Shown here: positions 27,001-39,223 of the stretch, in pieces
How the letters are laid out: each line of letters begins with the position of its first letter
Numbering within the stretch: position 1 is the stretch's first letter
Origin: Lingula anatina
Taxonomy: Eukaryota > Animalia > Brachiopoda
Direction: 5' to 3'
NCBI GenBank assembly: GCA_051362555.1
Contig: CM120641.1
Location: forward strand, 18,414,001-18,478,000
Length of the DNA: 64,000 bases
Notes under the pieces: model-generated
Seen by the model: only the letters and a program-made list of their open reading frames with translations
What the model was told of the DNA's origin: nothing
The model's database searches: none
Position numbers and translations under genes: made by a program

Positions 27001-30000
27001 TTATCAGTTAGTTAAAGCCTATTAAACCTTGTTTATATTGTTTTGCAGCAAGAAGGCCTGACCACAACACCTGCCACACTTTTCTTATGCTTCTATCTTG
27101 TTCCAGATATTGGAAATGAAAATCATATTTTCATATGAATAATGATGAAAACCATTTTGAATTGTCATATAAGTAATGATGCTTTTACAGTCTGCACTAT
27201 AGGTCACTACCCTGTGGCAGTTTCCCACCTAAGGAGGCACAGAGCCTGTGAAAAAAATTAAGTTTTATATAACACTAGCCAACTTTAATACCCTGATTAT
27301 AATAGCCTTATAGATATTTGGCTCATGTCGTTTTTCATTGTTTCTAGAACTGGACAGTGTCAGAAGACAGCTGGATCAGAACAATGCAAACATGTCACAA
27401 AGTGATCAGTTAATAAGAGAGCTGAGGTCTAGGGAGAGTGATCTACAGGAAGCATTGGCAGCAAAAGATTCTCAGCTTGGGGTGCTACGGGTGAGATATG
27501 AAGAGGCAGAAAAGGGACTAGAAAGCAAAAAGAAATTGCTGGGAGAGTTGAATTCAGAGAAAAACAGGTACCATATTTGCTACATTGTTTAGTTGAAGGA
27601 GGACCTTTTTTATTTTTATACTTATGTCAATGATGGGATTTGGCATTTCCTTACTAATGGTTATAATGTTAAGAAAGGTTGATGTAATATTTTTTTAGAA
27701 GTTTAATTAAAAGCCATTTTCTTTTAATACAAGTGATATCAAAGCTGAATTGTTTTAATAATTGACTTTTATAACTGTAAGGTCATATTTCAAAGTTTCA
27801 ATGATTTTAACGTTTTTCCAGGATTCTTCAAGACCAGAGCAGTATGAGTGGTGTGCAGAGCCAAGCTTTGGAATCTCTAAAAGAAAAACTAGCAGAAGCT
27901 GAGGCAGCACTAAGGAGAGAACAGGATGCATATAAAAATGCACAGGTTTGTAGAACCAGAATGTGCTAAAGCAATTAAAACTTCTTTAAGCAATTAAAAT
28001 TCACCTTTGTCAAAGGTAGTAGAAGAAAATAAACATATTTAATAATTTTAAATCTTATTTTAATAAAAATGTATCAAAATATTTATTTATGGGCAGATTT
28101 GTAATTTAGACAAAAATAGTTGTAAAAAAATAGTTGGAGTTGTAAATGAACAACATCAAATTAAAATGTGTTTTATCTGTGTATAGCAAGAGGCAATGCA
28201 AAGACAAAGCAAATTAGAAGCCGAACAGCAAAGTCTGGCAGCACAGCTGAGAGATACACAAAAGAAGTTATCAGAGGAGAAAGGTAAGTTTTCTTTATAA
28301 AAATGAATTTTTGTATCTCTGGATGTATATGCATAATGTGTGTTTGATATTACAGTTGCCATTAAAAAATTGAGTAAGGCAATCAGTTGCTGTCAAATGT
28401 CTCAGCTGTTTTCCATCATCTGTCAGTAAGATAAAGATCCTTATTTTTCAGCTCGAGCTAATGAGATGTCCAACCAAATGAAATCGGCCAAGACAAACCT
28501 GGATGCCAGCAAACAGGAATTGGCAGATTACAAGGATAAAGCAACAAGAATACTGCAGGTATCAATTTTTTTCATTTTCTCAGTAAATATTTTATGAAAC
28601 ATTGGAATTATGTACCTATTTCATGTGACTTCTCTTCAGTTTTAACTATGGCCTGCACTCATTACTTTTATCTTGGAATTTTTCTTATCAGTTTCAACTA
28701 TAACCTGCTCTCATCACTTTTATATGAGAAGTTTTCTTTTTAGTTTTACTTTAACTTGTTCTCTTCAGTGTTATACTAGAACTGTTCACATCAGTTTTCA
28801 CTTAGTCCCAGTTCCCTTCAGTTTGTCCTAGAACTGTTCATGTCAGTTTTCACTTAGTAGTCCAGTTCCCTTCAGTTTTAACTGAGATGCATTTACATCA
28901 GGTTTTAACTTGTACTTCTTCATCGTCCAGAAATGGCAACTAGACAAGCAACTTGAAGCAAGTGAATTTAACTGTTGTTGTAAGCTAAATGAATTGTTTT
29001 AATATTCTAATGGATAACATTAAATCATAGAAAGACCAACAAGATTTATTAAAATTAACCTTTTGGATATTCTACCTGAAGTAAGTGGGTGTGAATAAAA
29101 TATCTAGACTAATTGAATACATGATGTGCTTTGGAGCCTATTGATTTTTAGAAGAATGTTATGATACCACAATTATATTATTTAATGGTGGTAGAAAACC
29201 GCTGGTATGTATTTCAAGCTTTTATTCTGTATAGATCCAGTACTCATTTTTGCTGCTGGTTTTCATCTCAGATAATTTATAAACTCGCCAAGAAGAAATG
29301 CAAGTTATGTTATGTCTATGGTTGTAATATACTTTAACATATCATAGTGCTGCCTAAAGGGTAGCATATTGTTCAGTAATGTTTGTGCCCTCCCCTGCAG
29401 CTCGCTGCAATACAGACAGGTGCCCTCCTCTTCATGGACTGTATGAGACCTCAAATGGGGACCCAAGGCATTCTTCTCCATTCCTCCACCATTGCAGCTC
29501 TTAACTCTATGACAGTGGTAAGCTGTGGCTGGCAGTTATTTTAAAGTTGTCTGCCCAGTTCATTCCAGGCATGGCCACAGAAGAGTCTGCTTCTGCTCCT
29601 GCTGCAGGTGTGCCTTTGTTATCCTGGCAGTATGGGAACTGGCATTGTACTTCTGGCTTAGCTGTTCTAAGGACTTCATCTCTCTTTTGCTGGCTGTCAG
29701 ATATCCACCAATCATCATTAGTTCTGTCTGGAAATCACCACTTATGCCCGCCTAAACCATGACACTGTGCTAATGGCATAACCCCTGTCCAGATCAGACA
29801 GCTGTGGCATGTCTGCATGGAATTCAGTTTCCTAAATCTGGTTCCAGTGTCCACTTGCATTGATTGTGGACATTTGATGTCTGCAAGACTTTTGTCCCAA
29901 TTTGTGTTCAGATGAGATGTCTGAAAATCTAAAGCTAGCCATTTTCTGGAATCATTTAAGTGTATCACTATTCTCCTGGGGGACTGGGAGATAGTCATTC

Positions 30001-33000
30001 TAGTCCCACATGCACCGTCTTTGTTATGGAGTGGAGGGGGGGCTAGAAAGCATGAGGATTAGATTAAATCAGATTAAAAAGGATAAGGTATCGATTGATT
30101 GTTGAAATGATTTTGATATGTTATCCCTTAAAACCACAGCATTAACATTTAACATGTTGAAAGTTGAGGAGTAATAAGCAGCAGACAATTATTTATGGGC
30201 CCCCATTTTCCAATCTGAAGACTTGTACCTATCCTCAAGAATTTTACATGCTTTTTTCTCCAATCTGACTACTAGCTTACAACCATAACAATACCTTTTG
30301 GTTCCCTCTAATAGATTAAATATCAACTACCAACCATCATTTTGCACTCTTGAACAGAGAATAAATATACCGAAAAATCTCTTTTCTGTTCTTTTGTGGT
30401 TTAGAGACTGACTTCTTACAACATTTGAAAACTTGATGCTTTTTTTTCCAGTCAAAAGACCGACTTATAGCCACCCTAAAGGAAGGCTCTGGCATGGCAG
30501 ATGCTGATGCAGTATCTAGTGTAGAGACTGAGGAACTTAAGCAAGAGAGAGACATTTTGAAGGAGGAGCTGCAGCAATCAAAAATGACAGTAGACAACTT
30601 AAGAGCAGAATTACAGGTAATGCATACAATTTAATTATTGTAATAGAGCAGATCAGGTCCCTGGAGGGTGTTCACATATAAATGTCTACATATTTTATAG
30701 TCTTTGATTCACAATCTGGAAACATATCTCCAGAATGAGAGTGACAAGACCAGGGATCGGATCAGATCTCTGGAGGATGTTCACTTATAATTGTCAATAT
30801 GTTTAATTATATTTGATTCAGGATCTGGAGACACAGCTTCAGAATGAGAGTGACACGGCCCAGGAGCAGATCAGATCTCTGGAGGAACAACGTCGGGAGG
30901 AGACCAGGAGGAGGGAGGATGCAGAGCAGGAGATTTTAAAACAAAAACAGGTGACCAGGAGTTAGATTTGTACCTAGAGTGAAAAATGAAGTTACATGGG
31001 CTCCATGGGGAATAGTCAAAAGATTGAAACATTAATTGAAATTATTTCTAAAGAGTAACAGCTGAGTGTCTTTTGATAATGCTGTGAAATCACCATATTT
31101 TCAGATTTATACAAATAAACCAATGTAAGATGAAAATGTTGGAAGTGAATGTAAAACAAAACAACAATTTGTCTGTTGGGTGAATAAATATTTCAACAAA
31201 AATTTTTGGGGGTGACTGTCATATATGAGGTATTGTGACATATGAAAGGCTTAATTTTTTTTTTTTTTTAATCAAGGAGCTCCAGTACACCCATGAAGAG
31301 TTATATAAACAGAAGACTAGCCTACAAAGTAGGCTACAAGACAGAGAGGCAGATATTGAGAAATTACGCAACCAGGTAGTGTTATTTTAACAAATATTAT
31401 GAAATTACTGTTAGCAGTCATAAACAATGATTTTTGTAGGAACAAAAACTGGGCATTGGCCTCAGCAATTGACCAAACCTCAGCAGATATTTCTTAGCAT
31501 TACTACTGCCAAATATGCAATGGAAAATTATTTTGTCACAACGTTAAGTTATCATCTTTTAGCTATTCAATATCATAGCTATTTTGTCATGTGCTTTATA
31601 TAACAGCATCAGGGGTATCACTTGTTCACTTTTTCTTCTTTTTTGTTCAAACCAAAATATTCTATAAAATTGTGTGGTATAGAAAAAATTTTGCTTGAAT
31701 GTCCTCTTAACAGTTGACAACATAGTTCTCTATTGAGATACAAGTGCTGCCCTCTATCTGTTGTCAGGTACTCTAATCCAAATATTTTCTAATGGTTATT
31801 GTGCTTGGTGGAAGAGATATTTTACCTATAATTCTTTTCTCTTTTTCTGTAGCTGACAACCAAAAGCCTTAGTTCTACTAGTGAGAGTGAGCTAGAAGGC
31901 CGTCTCCATGCTCTGACAGAGAGTCTGATACAGAAACAGACCATGATTGAAGCTCTCAGTACCGAGAAAAACTCCCTAGTGTTGCAACTTGAAAGGATGG
32001 AGGTTAGGAATACTTTCTTGACCAGTCTTAAAGTTTTTTGGTTGATTTTTTATTATCTATTTGAAATGAAATACATGCATGTTGCATCCTTTAAAAAAAT
32101 GAATTGTTTTAATAATTTAATTGTGACATTTGACATTAATCATCGTGAAATCCTCGTTCAAAGTTTTTAATTATCTTTTGACAGGGTCAGTATAAAGAGG
32201 CTCAGTCAGCTGCCATCAGAGCCATGAGCACACATGTGGCAGTACATGATGACGATGAGAGTAGGTTGCATTCACATCATTGTCATTATTAATGAAAAAT
32301 TATGGCGCCATAGAATTAAACCATCCTTTTCTTCAATGCAGGTAGCATGTTTAATCATCCTGAAAATTATTGCATCTGACACTTATTCAAATTGATTTTT
32401 TATTAACAAGAATGAAGGTAGAGCCCTTTATTGTCATTGTTATTACTTTCAGTGGTAAAATAATGAATGTAATTGTGATGTTCTCTATAAAAAATTTCAA
32501 TTTTACTTTTTTTTGTCTAAAATATTTACATCTATATCCTCATGATTTTGAAATACGTTGGTAGGGAGTCAGAAGATATATTTGAAAAGAAAGAATTACC
32601 TGAATAACGTAATTATGGTATTGTTATCCAATATGCTTATGCAGGCAGACAGAGAATCCCTTCCTTCATGAGAGAGAGCCCTGCAGACAATAATGTGGCG
32701 AGAAATGTCAAGAAGGCATACAACAGCATTGACAAGTTTAGGTAACATGGCTCATACTCTTTGTGAAATATTTCTGTTAGTTTACTATAGCTAAATAAGT
32801 GCAAAATTTTTCATTTGTCATTCCTCAAAAGAGTTAACACTTGATTCGTGATTGTGACACACACATTGCACTCTATTTGCATTTTCTTGGAGGTCATCTA
32901 TTTGGTTCCCTGGTAAGATTTTGAAAAAAAGGCCAGAAATGAGCCAAGGTGCAAATTAATTACCACTTTCATCAATTTAAATCAGTAAAATGCAGCATTG

Positions 33001-34224
33001 CACATGCTTTGTTTGCTTCTATCTCCTCTATCCATCCTGTTACGCTTGTGCCATTACCTCCACCTGTCCTGTCACACGTGATATAATAACACTTCTGCCC
33101 ACTGCAGCACAATCAATTACAGCATGACCTGCATTTGGTATGCCACTTATCATTGACTTTGGCATCTATCAAATACATACCTATAGATGCTATGTTATCA
33201 TGGCAATATAGGGGTAATTTTCTGTGAAATGTGAGTACCTTTCTTTTGGTAGGTATGTCAAATAATACACTGCCACCCTCTTGTAATATATGCCTTGAAC
33301 ACCTTTTGCCAACTTTATTTATTTTGTGACAGTAAAATTTCACACATAACTTGACTCCATAAATATGATTTGATTAATAATTAATTTATAATATTATTAA
33401 TGAAAATTGACTTGCCTTGGTGGAGATCTGCGCTCTATAAGTGCTTTTTTTAGTTTTCTCTGCTTTCTGTTCTAGCACCATCTAATATGAAAGAAATCAT
33501 CAGTAATTGAAAATAGTTGTGCAAATTATACATAATTATACACATCACTGATGTGACTCGCTCAAAGTTCACTTTTTTGTGAATTGACCCTTAGCAAAAG
33601 CAAACATTCGTCAGCCCAACTTCCAGGGGTAAAGAGCTTGGGAAGAAGTGACTGGTAGCATTTGTTCCCATATGCACCCTCTTTACCCAGGGGAACAGTA
33701 TGTCATGACTACATTATTGCTTCATAATCGAATAATTAAGAAGACATTTTATTTATTTATTTTTATCTTTTTTAGTTCAAGGTCTAAAAGATAAAACTTA
33801 AACAGGTTATTGTATTAAATAAGTTTTTTAGAATGTACAAGTTGACAGAAGGTAAATCTATGCTGACAAATCTATCTTCAATTTCAGTGTCAGACTAGGA
33901 GTGTTCTTAAGGAGATATCCAATAGCAAGAGTTTTTGTGATTGTTTATATGGTAAGTTTTTCTTTCCTTGAAATATTTTTGGCTGAAAACAGAAGGCAAG
34001 ATGAATTGTTTTATTAAGATGTACAATTAAAATGTTCCCAAAGAAAGCAAAGTAGAAAAGCCAAGAGCTCATGCATAGTATTTTACAGTGAGCATTTTCC
34101 TATTTTTTAGTTAATTCTTCACTTCTGGGTAATGGTAGTGTTGTTGACATACCAGCCAGAGATGCATGGAGATGGCTTCACACACAACAACCTCCCAGAA
34201 CCTCCAGGAAAATTACCAGGATAG
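24050..34224 (+). CDS. GOLGA5: Golgin subfamily A member 5 (golgin-84), ~734 aa, 14 coding exons
   Basis: Exons 24050-24581, 26243-26473, 27348-27567, 27822-27945, 28187-28283, 28452-28558, 30452-30616, 30822-30950, 31277-31375, 31853-32002, 32185-32260, 32645-32741, 33888-33951, 34111-34224 total 2205 nt, in frame. N-terminus MSWLSGLASKAEDLLNKVDQ, long coiled coil, and C-terminal anchor IDKFSVRLGVFLRRYPIARVFVIVYMLILHFWVMVVLLTYQPEMH typical of golgin-84. Confidence 0.95.
28616..28910 (+). repeat. Degenerate pyrimidine-rich tandem repeat (~25-50 bp units) in GOLGA5 intron
   Basis: Recurrent TTCAGTTTT(A/C)ACT motifs; a ~50-bp near-duplicate CTAGAACTGTTCA..TCAGTTTTCACTTAGT..CCAGTTCCCTTCAGTTT at ~28776-28824 and ~28828-28878. 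Confidence 0.6.
29373..29950 (-). pseudogene. Decayed Tc1/mariner-family transposase fragment in a GOLGA5 intron
   Basis: Minus-strand translation across stops and frameshifts gives, in order: FSD, VMV*AGIS, GGYLTA, RDEVLR, QDN, AWNELGRQL, TTVIELRAAMVEEWRRMPWVPI*GLIQSMKRR..CIAA..RGGHKHY*. This follows the Tc1 DDE-domain and C-terminal consensus (VMVWGGIS, QDNA, WDELGR, EEW..IP, LI.SM.RR, GGHTRY). Confidence 0.8.
30646..30886 (+). repeat. ~110-bp tandem duplication of an intron end plus the start of GOLGA5 exon 30822-30950
   Basis: Three copies of GATCAG(G/A)TC(C/T)CTGGAGG at ~110-bp spacing. The upstream copy reads NLETYLQNESDKTRDRIRSLED versus the real exon DLETQLQNESDTAQEQIRSLEE; its acceptor TTGATTCAG is mutated to TTGATTCAC. 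Confidence 0.85.
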
Positions 34225-35349
34225 ACGAAGGATTTACAACCACAGTCACTTCAATTACCTTGAAATTCTAGGAAATTTACATTTAAAAAAAATCACTACA
34301 TTCTCCCTGATCATCCACAAAAATTATCAGGATAAATGGAGTAACAAAATACAGATACACACACATAAAAAAATATTCCCTGCTAAGTGACAAGTTTAGT
34401 AATCCCTGAAGACAGACTTAGGCCAGGCAAAATTGATAAGTTAATGAGCATGAAAGACCCTAATTGTGAGGATTTTTTTTACTTTTTTTTTTAAATGGAG
34501 AAATGCATTTTGTATTGGTTTAAACAGGAAAAATGTACAATTGAATTCAAGAATAATGTTGTTATGCTCAAAAATTGCCCACTTTGTGGATTTGACATTT
34601 TCTACCCATAAAATAAAATTGAAGAAAAGTAAACTGACCCTGAAGTTTGTTTACTGCGCTCATTTAATGTTGTGTTTAAAATATTGACCAGGTTCACAGA
34701 GATTTGCCACTTGTTAAGCAGTTCATCAATTTTCTCTGGCCTAAGTATTGAGTTTGAGACTGGAATGGAGGAGACAAGTAGAAGAGAGTGGCGCTTTTAT
34801 TGTGCCCTGTGAGCTGCATGGCCAATTCAAAGACATTTGTGTGATTGGTTAAGAATGGAATTATGTAGTGAAAATTTAAGAACCCAGTGCAATAAAGAAT
34901 TATTATAGATCATTTATTGTAATTTTGGCCTTGAAACATTTTTTTTTGTTGTTCAAAAGGCATTGTTGATGAAACAAATAATGTAGTTTTGCTCTCTGAC
35001 AATACTGTCAAAAAAATGTCATCTAAAAATTTGTTTCACCCATGAAAATATACTTTGTAAAGGTAAAATTACAATGCCTTTTAAAGCAGGTGTCTGGGAT
35101 TACTCCATTATTATTCAAGCCAAGCAGCTAAAATTTGAGATCAAAATTTTTTATATTTGTGAAAAAAAGATACATTCATGGTTTTCAGACAAATTAAATT
35201 ATTTTCAATATTTACTAAAAACTATTTTATAGGTAACCACTATGTTAATGAATAAAACTAGAATAGATAAGCCAAGAGAGGTAAATTGCTTATAATGTTC
35301 TTTCACCATAATATAAGATTTTGTAAATAAGCTTTAGTATGTAATTTAT

Positions 35350-36093
35350 GGGCACATTCGGAACAAGCTGATCTGCTGACTAACATATTCACAGGTCAAA
35401 TGTGGCCGACCAACTTGAAAGCTCCCCTAGTAGACACTGAATAGATTCCCTGTGGGGATAGCATGGTAAACTTTCAAGAAGGTCAGCCATATTTGATCTG
35501 CGGATCTGTTAGAGCGCATTCTCAACGAATTAAGCCAGGCTTTACAAAGCCGGTGACCTAAAAATGGCGGACGTACATGAAAGAAAAACCGCCTAATCTT
35601 TTAATAGTCTCTCCGCCTCTCACACGCCTCCCCACACGTCGTCCCTGCGGGGTACAGTAATTAAATCTCGGCTCCGAACATTAATATTTCCGTGAATATC
35701 TCTGGTGATATTATCTCCGTAGATAGTCGATTCATTGCTGTTCTACGGGCCAAATTATTCCTTTTTCGTCTCTGTTTTCAAAGATAATAGAACAGAAGAG
35801 CTTTTTTCCTTCGATCGCCTTCAGCCGCCATGGTTTCTTCACCACGAGTATAACTGATGAGCATGCGCACTTAATATTTCTCAGGTAGCTTCCGCATGGC
35901 GAACGGAGCCGAGATTTAATTACTGTACCCCGCAGGGACGACGTGTGGGGAGGCGGAGAGACTATTAAAAGATTAGGCGGTTTTTCTTTCATGTACGTCC
36001 ACCATTTTTAGGTCACCGGCTTTGTAAAGCCTGGCTTAACTCGTTGAGAATGCGCTCTTAGTCTGCTGATCAACTTTGGTTGTGAATGTGGCT
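35350..36093. mobile_element. Older ~200-bp palindromic MITE interrupted by a younger MITE
   Basis: Left arm GGGCACATTCGGAACAAGCTGATCTGCTGACTAACATATTCACAGGTCAAATGTGGCCGACC matches the reverse complement of 35481-35511 joined to 36061-36093 once the 35512-36057 element and one TTA are removed. Confidence 0.75.
35512..36057. mobile_element. Foldback MITE, PIF/Harbinger-like, copy 2 (downstream of GOLGA5 stop, probable 3' UTR)
   Basis: Same long TIRs and internal sequence as 23075-23619, flanked by a TTA target-site duplication, the canonical PIF/Harbinger target. Confidence 0.9.
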
Positions 36094-36810
36094 TAAGAAA
36101 CCATATGTAAATGCAAAGACTGATATTTAATGGAATGGACAGGGGGGTTTAATAATATCAACATTGATGTGTCTATAAGATACAAGGGCATGAAGAGTAT
36201 GCCATAATTAACAAGACTTGTATCGGAAGGTTTTGTCTTTTATTTCTAAATTGTACAGATCTACATGCCAAGACTGAAACAAAATCCCTATGCATTATGT
36301 TTTATGTACTTAAATAAAAAGTAACCACCGTGACCATTCCTGACCACATTATATGATAACAGTGTTTTATCAAATATTTAAATTATTTGATGTAAAAAAA
36401 CCCAGTCAGTGAATCCATTTAAAATTAGCTCAGTTACAGATACATTGCACTACAAATGTCATCTTTGTTCAGAAAGAGAGAGATCAATTGATAATAATAA
36501 ACTATACAGAATTTATCTAAAACAGAAATATTTTATTGTATTGTTATATATATATGTACCCAGTGGTTGGTGTGTGTTTACACACAGGTAATGTTGCTAG
36601 TTCACAGTTAATAACTGTCGAATTCATTGTAAATATTTTCTTATAGTATATTTGGGAATAAAGAAAATGTGGACTTCTCTTTTTTCTTTGTCACATCATC
36701 TAAGTCAGGAAGGGGTGTTGTAAATTTTAGAACAATATTATTGTTCCTATTTACTTTAAATGTAAAATGCTCCTACTAGTCTCTTTGTGTGTGTAGTAAT
36801 GTTCATCATA

Positions 36811-36899
36811 GAACCTTCGGGCCAATGAACCCCTGATTACCATTTTTTGGACCAATGAACCTTCGGACCAATGAACCTTCAGACTATCAAGATGCACCC
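36811..36899 (+). repeat. Short interspersed repeat built from GAACCTTCGGACCAAT 16-mers
   Basis: Several GAACCTTC(G/A)G(A/G)CCAAT units ending in ATCAAGATGCACCC. A more decayed relative at ~3440-3525 ends in ATCAAGATGCCC. Confidence 0.55.
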
Positions 36900-37461
36900 A
36901 TAACATAAATATATACGCAAACCAGTACATACATATACAAAATGGGGAAATCCATTTGTTGATGTGAAGATTTTTTTTACAAATAACCACCACCAAAAGT
37001 ATGCCATGTTAAAAGCATAGAGGTGGCAATGAATTTTGTTCAGGCAGATTCAAATTACTTTGATACAGTGGTTTCAATCTTGGACTCACAATGCACCTCA
37101 GATGTATATTGTGTTTAATCAGTCCAATATTTAATATAAGAAAAAGATGAAAGTTGATGTCATGTATACTAGTAGGCAGACCTACTGGTAAAGGCATTGA
37201 GAACATAAATACATGTAAATACAGTAATGACTTGATCTTTTTAATAGGGAAAAATCTTTCAGATATGTAATTTTGGAATCAATGAAAAATATGTAGCATT
37301 TGTGGTGCATTTACTGTACAGAATAGAAATACAAGGTGGTCTGCCTTTTAGTTTTCTTAATTTGCTACCACTCAATGCTAATGTTATAATTTCAAGAATT
37401 TATTACTTAGAGAATACTTTATCTCTAAAATTCAGAATTTCCCTCATTGAAAAGATAAGGT

Positions 37462-39058
37462 AACTAGAGGATCAGAGAGGCGATACCGCCTCCTGATATT
37501 GTACCACCAGCTGGAGTAAGCGCATTCGAATGGAACCACCCCCCCCCCAAAAAAAAAAAAAAAAAGGGACACCACAACCAGTCTTGTCCTTGACAAGCTC
37601 TATGCAATAAACAAGAATTTTCAAAATATGCAAAAAAAAAAAAAAAAAAAAAAAGAAAGAAAAAACATAACATAAAAATGGTCCAATCAAGCGGATTTTC
37701 CAATTGGCCTGTATTTTCCTAACATTGATCACTCCTGTGATTTTCTAGACAATAGGCCTATTGGTTTTCCTTGAAATGTGTTATCAGTGTTGCATATATG
37801 CTGACAAAAGAGAAAACGTAAGGGCAACACTGAGCATATCTCTGCTAGTTTTGAAGATATGAGGGGCAAGAAAATATGCAAAGGTCAGTTCATGGTATAT
37901 GATTTCCTATTCAAGTTAAATAGTAACTATGGGTATCTCCTTGCTAATTTTGGAGATAAAGAGGCCAGAAAACATGCAAAGTATAGTTCATCATAAAAAG
38001 TAGGTCAAAGGTTAATTTCAAGGTCACAGTTAGATTGCCAGTATATGACTTCCTGTTCAGGTTCAATAGTAACTATGGGTGTATCTCTGCCAGTTTTCGA
38101 GATATAAGGGAGATAATTTTTGCAAAGTTCAGTTCATGGTGAAAAGTAGGTCAAAGGTCAATTTCAAGGTCACAGTTAGATTATCAGTATATGACTTCCT
38201 ATTCAAGTTCAATAGTAACTAAGGGCTTATCTCTGCTAATTTTTGAGTAATTCACATTTTATTTTCACTACTGAATTTTGGATGTTGAACTTTTTGATTA
38301 GTGCAATGCCTAAGCCGTATCAAAAACAAAAAAAATGGACACCACCCCCAGTGCTGCCCTTGACAAGTTCTACAAAATGCAAAAAACAAGAGGTCTCTAG
38401 CATTAACGGTTCCAGAATTAGAGAGAATTTTCAGTTTCGGCATCTAATGGCCGCTACTACCATGAAAATGCACCGATTGACCCCAAACTCACGAAAATGA
38501 AAGATGACCCTAAGGGTAACACCTGCCCATAATATTATAGGAAAGATATGTTTCGTTTCTAAATATCGGCTGAAATAAAAATTTTCTCGCAAAAAATTCC
38601 CATTTTTAGAAAATTTTGGCCTGTTTGACCTTGAAATAAAGGTCAAAGGTCAAATCCAAGGGCATATTTGAAATCCTCACATATGACTTTTGGTCAGCCA
38701 TCTGTTGTAATTTTTCCCATAATTCCATCGGTTTGGGAGATATTTAGCATTGAATTTTCAAAATTTTTGACAAGGGTGCATTTCAACGAGCGTCACGCCC
38801 AGGTCAATGCACCAACTGAGACAAAAAAACCTGGGGGTTCAAGTTGAGATTATATGTGACCTAAATCCAAGAGATGGGGACACAGGTCCTTGCGGTCTAG
38901 GAGGAGAAGCGGTAACGGTGACTCGTATCCCACGTCATCCTGCGGAGCCGCAGGAGCCGCAGGAGCCGGCGGAGCCGGCGGAGCCGGCGGAGCTGTACGA
39001 GACGGGTCGGGACTAAAACCATGAGTACCGCCAGCGTACACGCTGGTGGTACTAATTA
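37462..39058 (+). mobile_element. Helentron/HINE-like non-autonomous composite repeat between GOLGA5 and NAPA
   Basis: Starts AACTAGAGG (second AACAAGAGG at ~38385). Internal ~148-bp tandem units at 37837-38240, a GC-rich 9-mer microsatellite at 38944-38993, and a 3' stem-loop AGTACCGCCAGCGT-ac-ACGCTGGTGGTACT at 39024-39053. Core repeats + microsatellite + 3' hairpin is the DINE-1/HINE layout. Boundaries are approximate. Confidence 0.65.
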
Positions 39059-39223
39059 TCGTATATGCTACATTTTTTCCTAACATTTCTTTCTCTACTA
39101 ACCCAAGTTATTATTTTTTTTACCGATTTTCATGTATACACTAAAGATGTCTTGGAACACAGTGTTGAAGGTTGCTCAGTTTGAATGTTGTCAGGGTAAC
39201 TTGTATGTTTTTTGCTGCATTTT

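Noticed and set aside
33412-33454. CCTTGGTGGAGATCTGCGCTCT..AGTGCTTT..TAGTT, resembling a Helentron terminus
   Set aside because: Short isolated fragment whose extent cannot be defined from this window.
38807-39086. Pro/Ala/Glu-rich ORFs on both strands
   Set aside because: Generated by the 9-mer microsatellite of the Helentron-like repeat.
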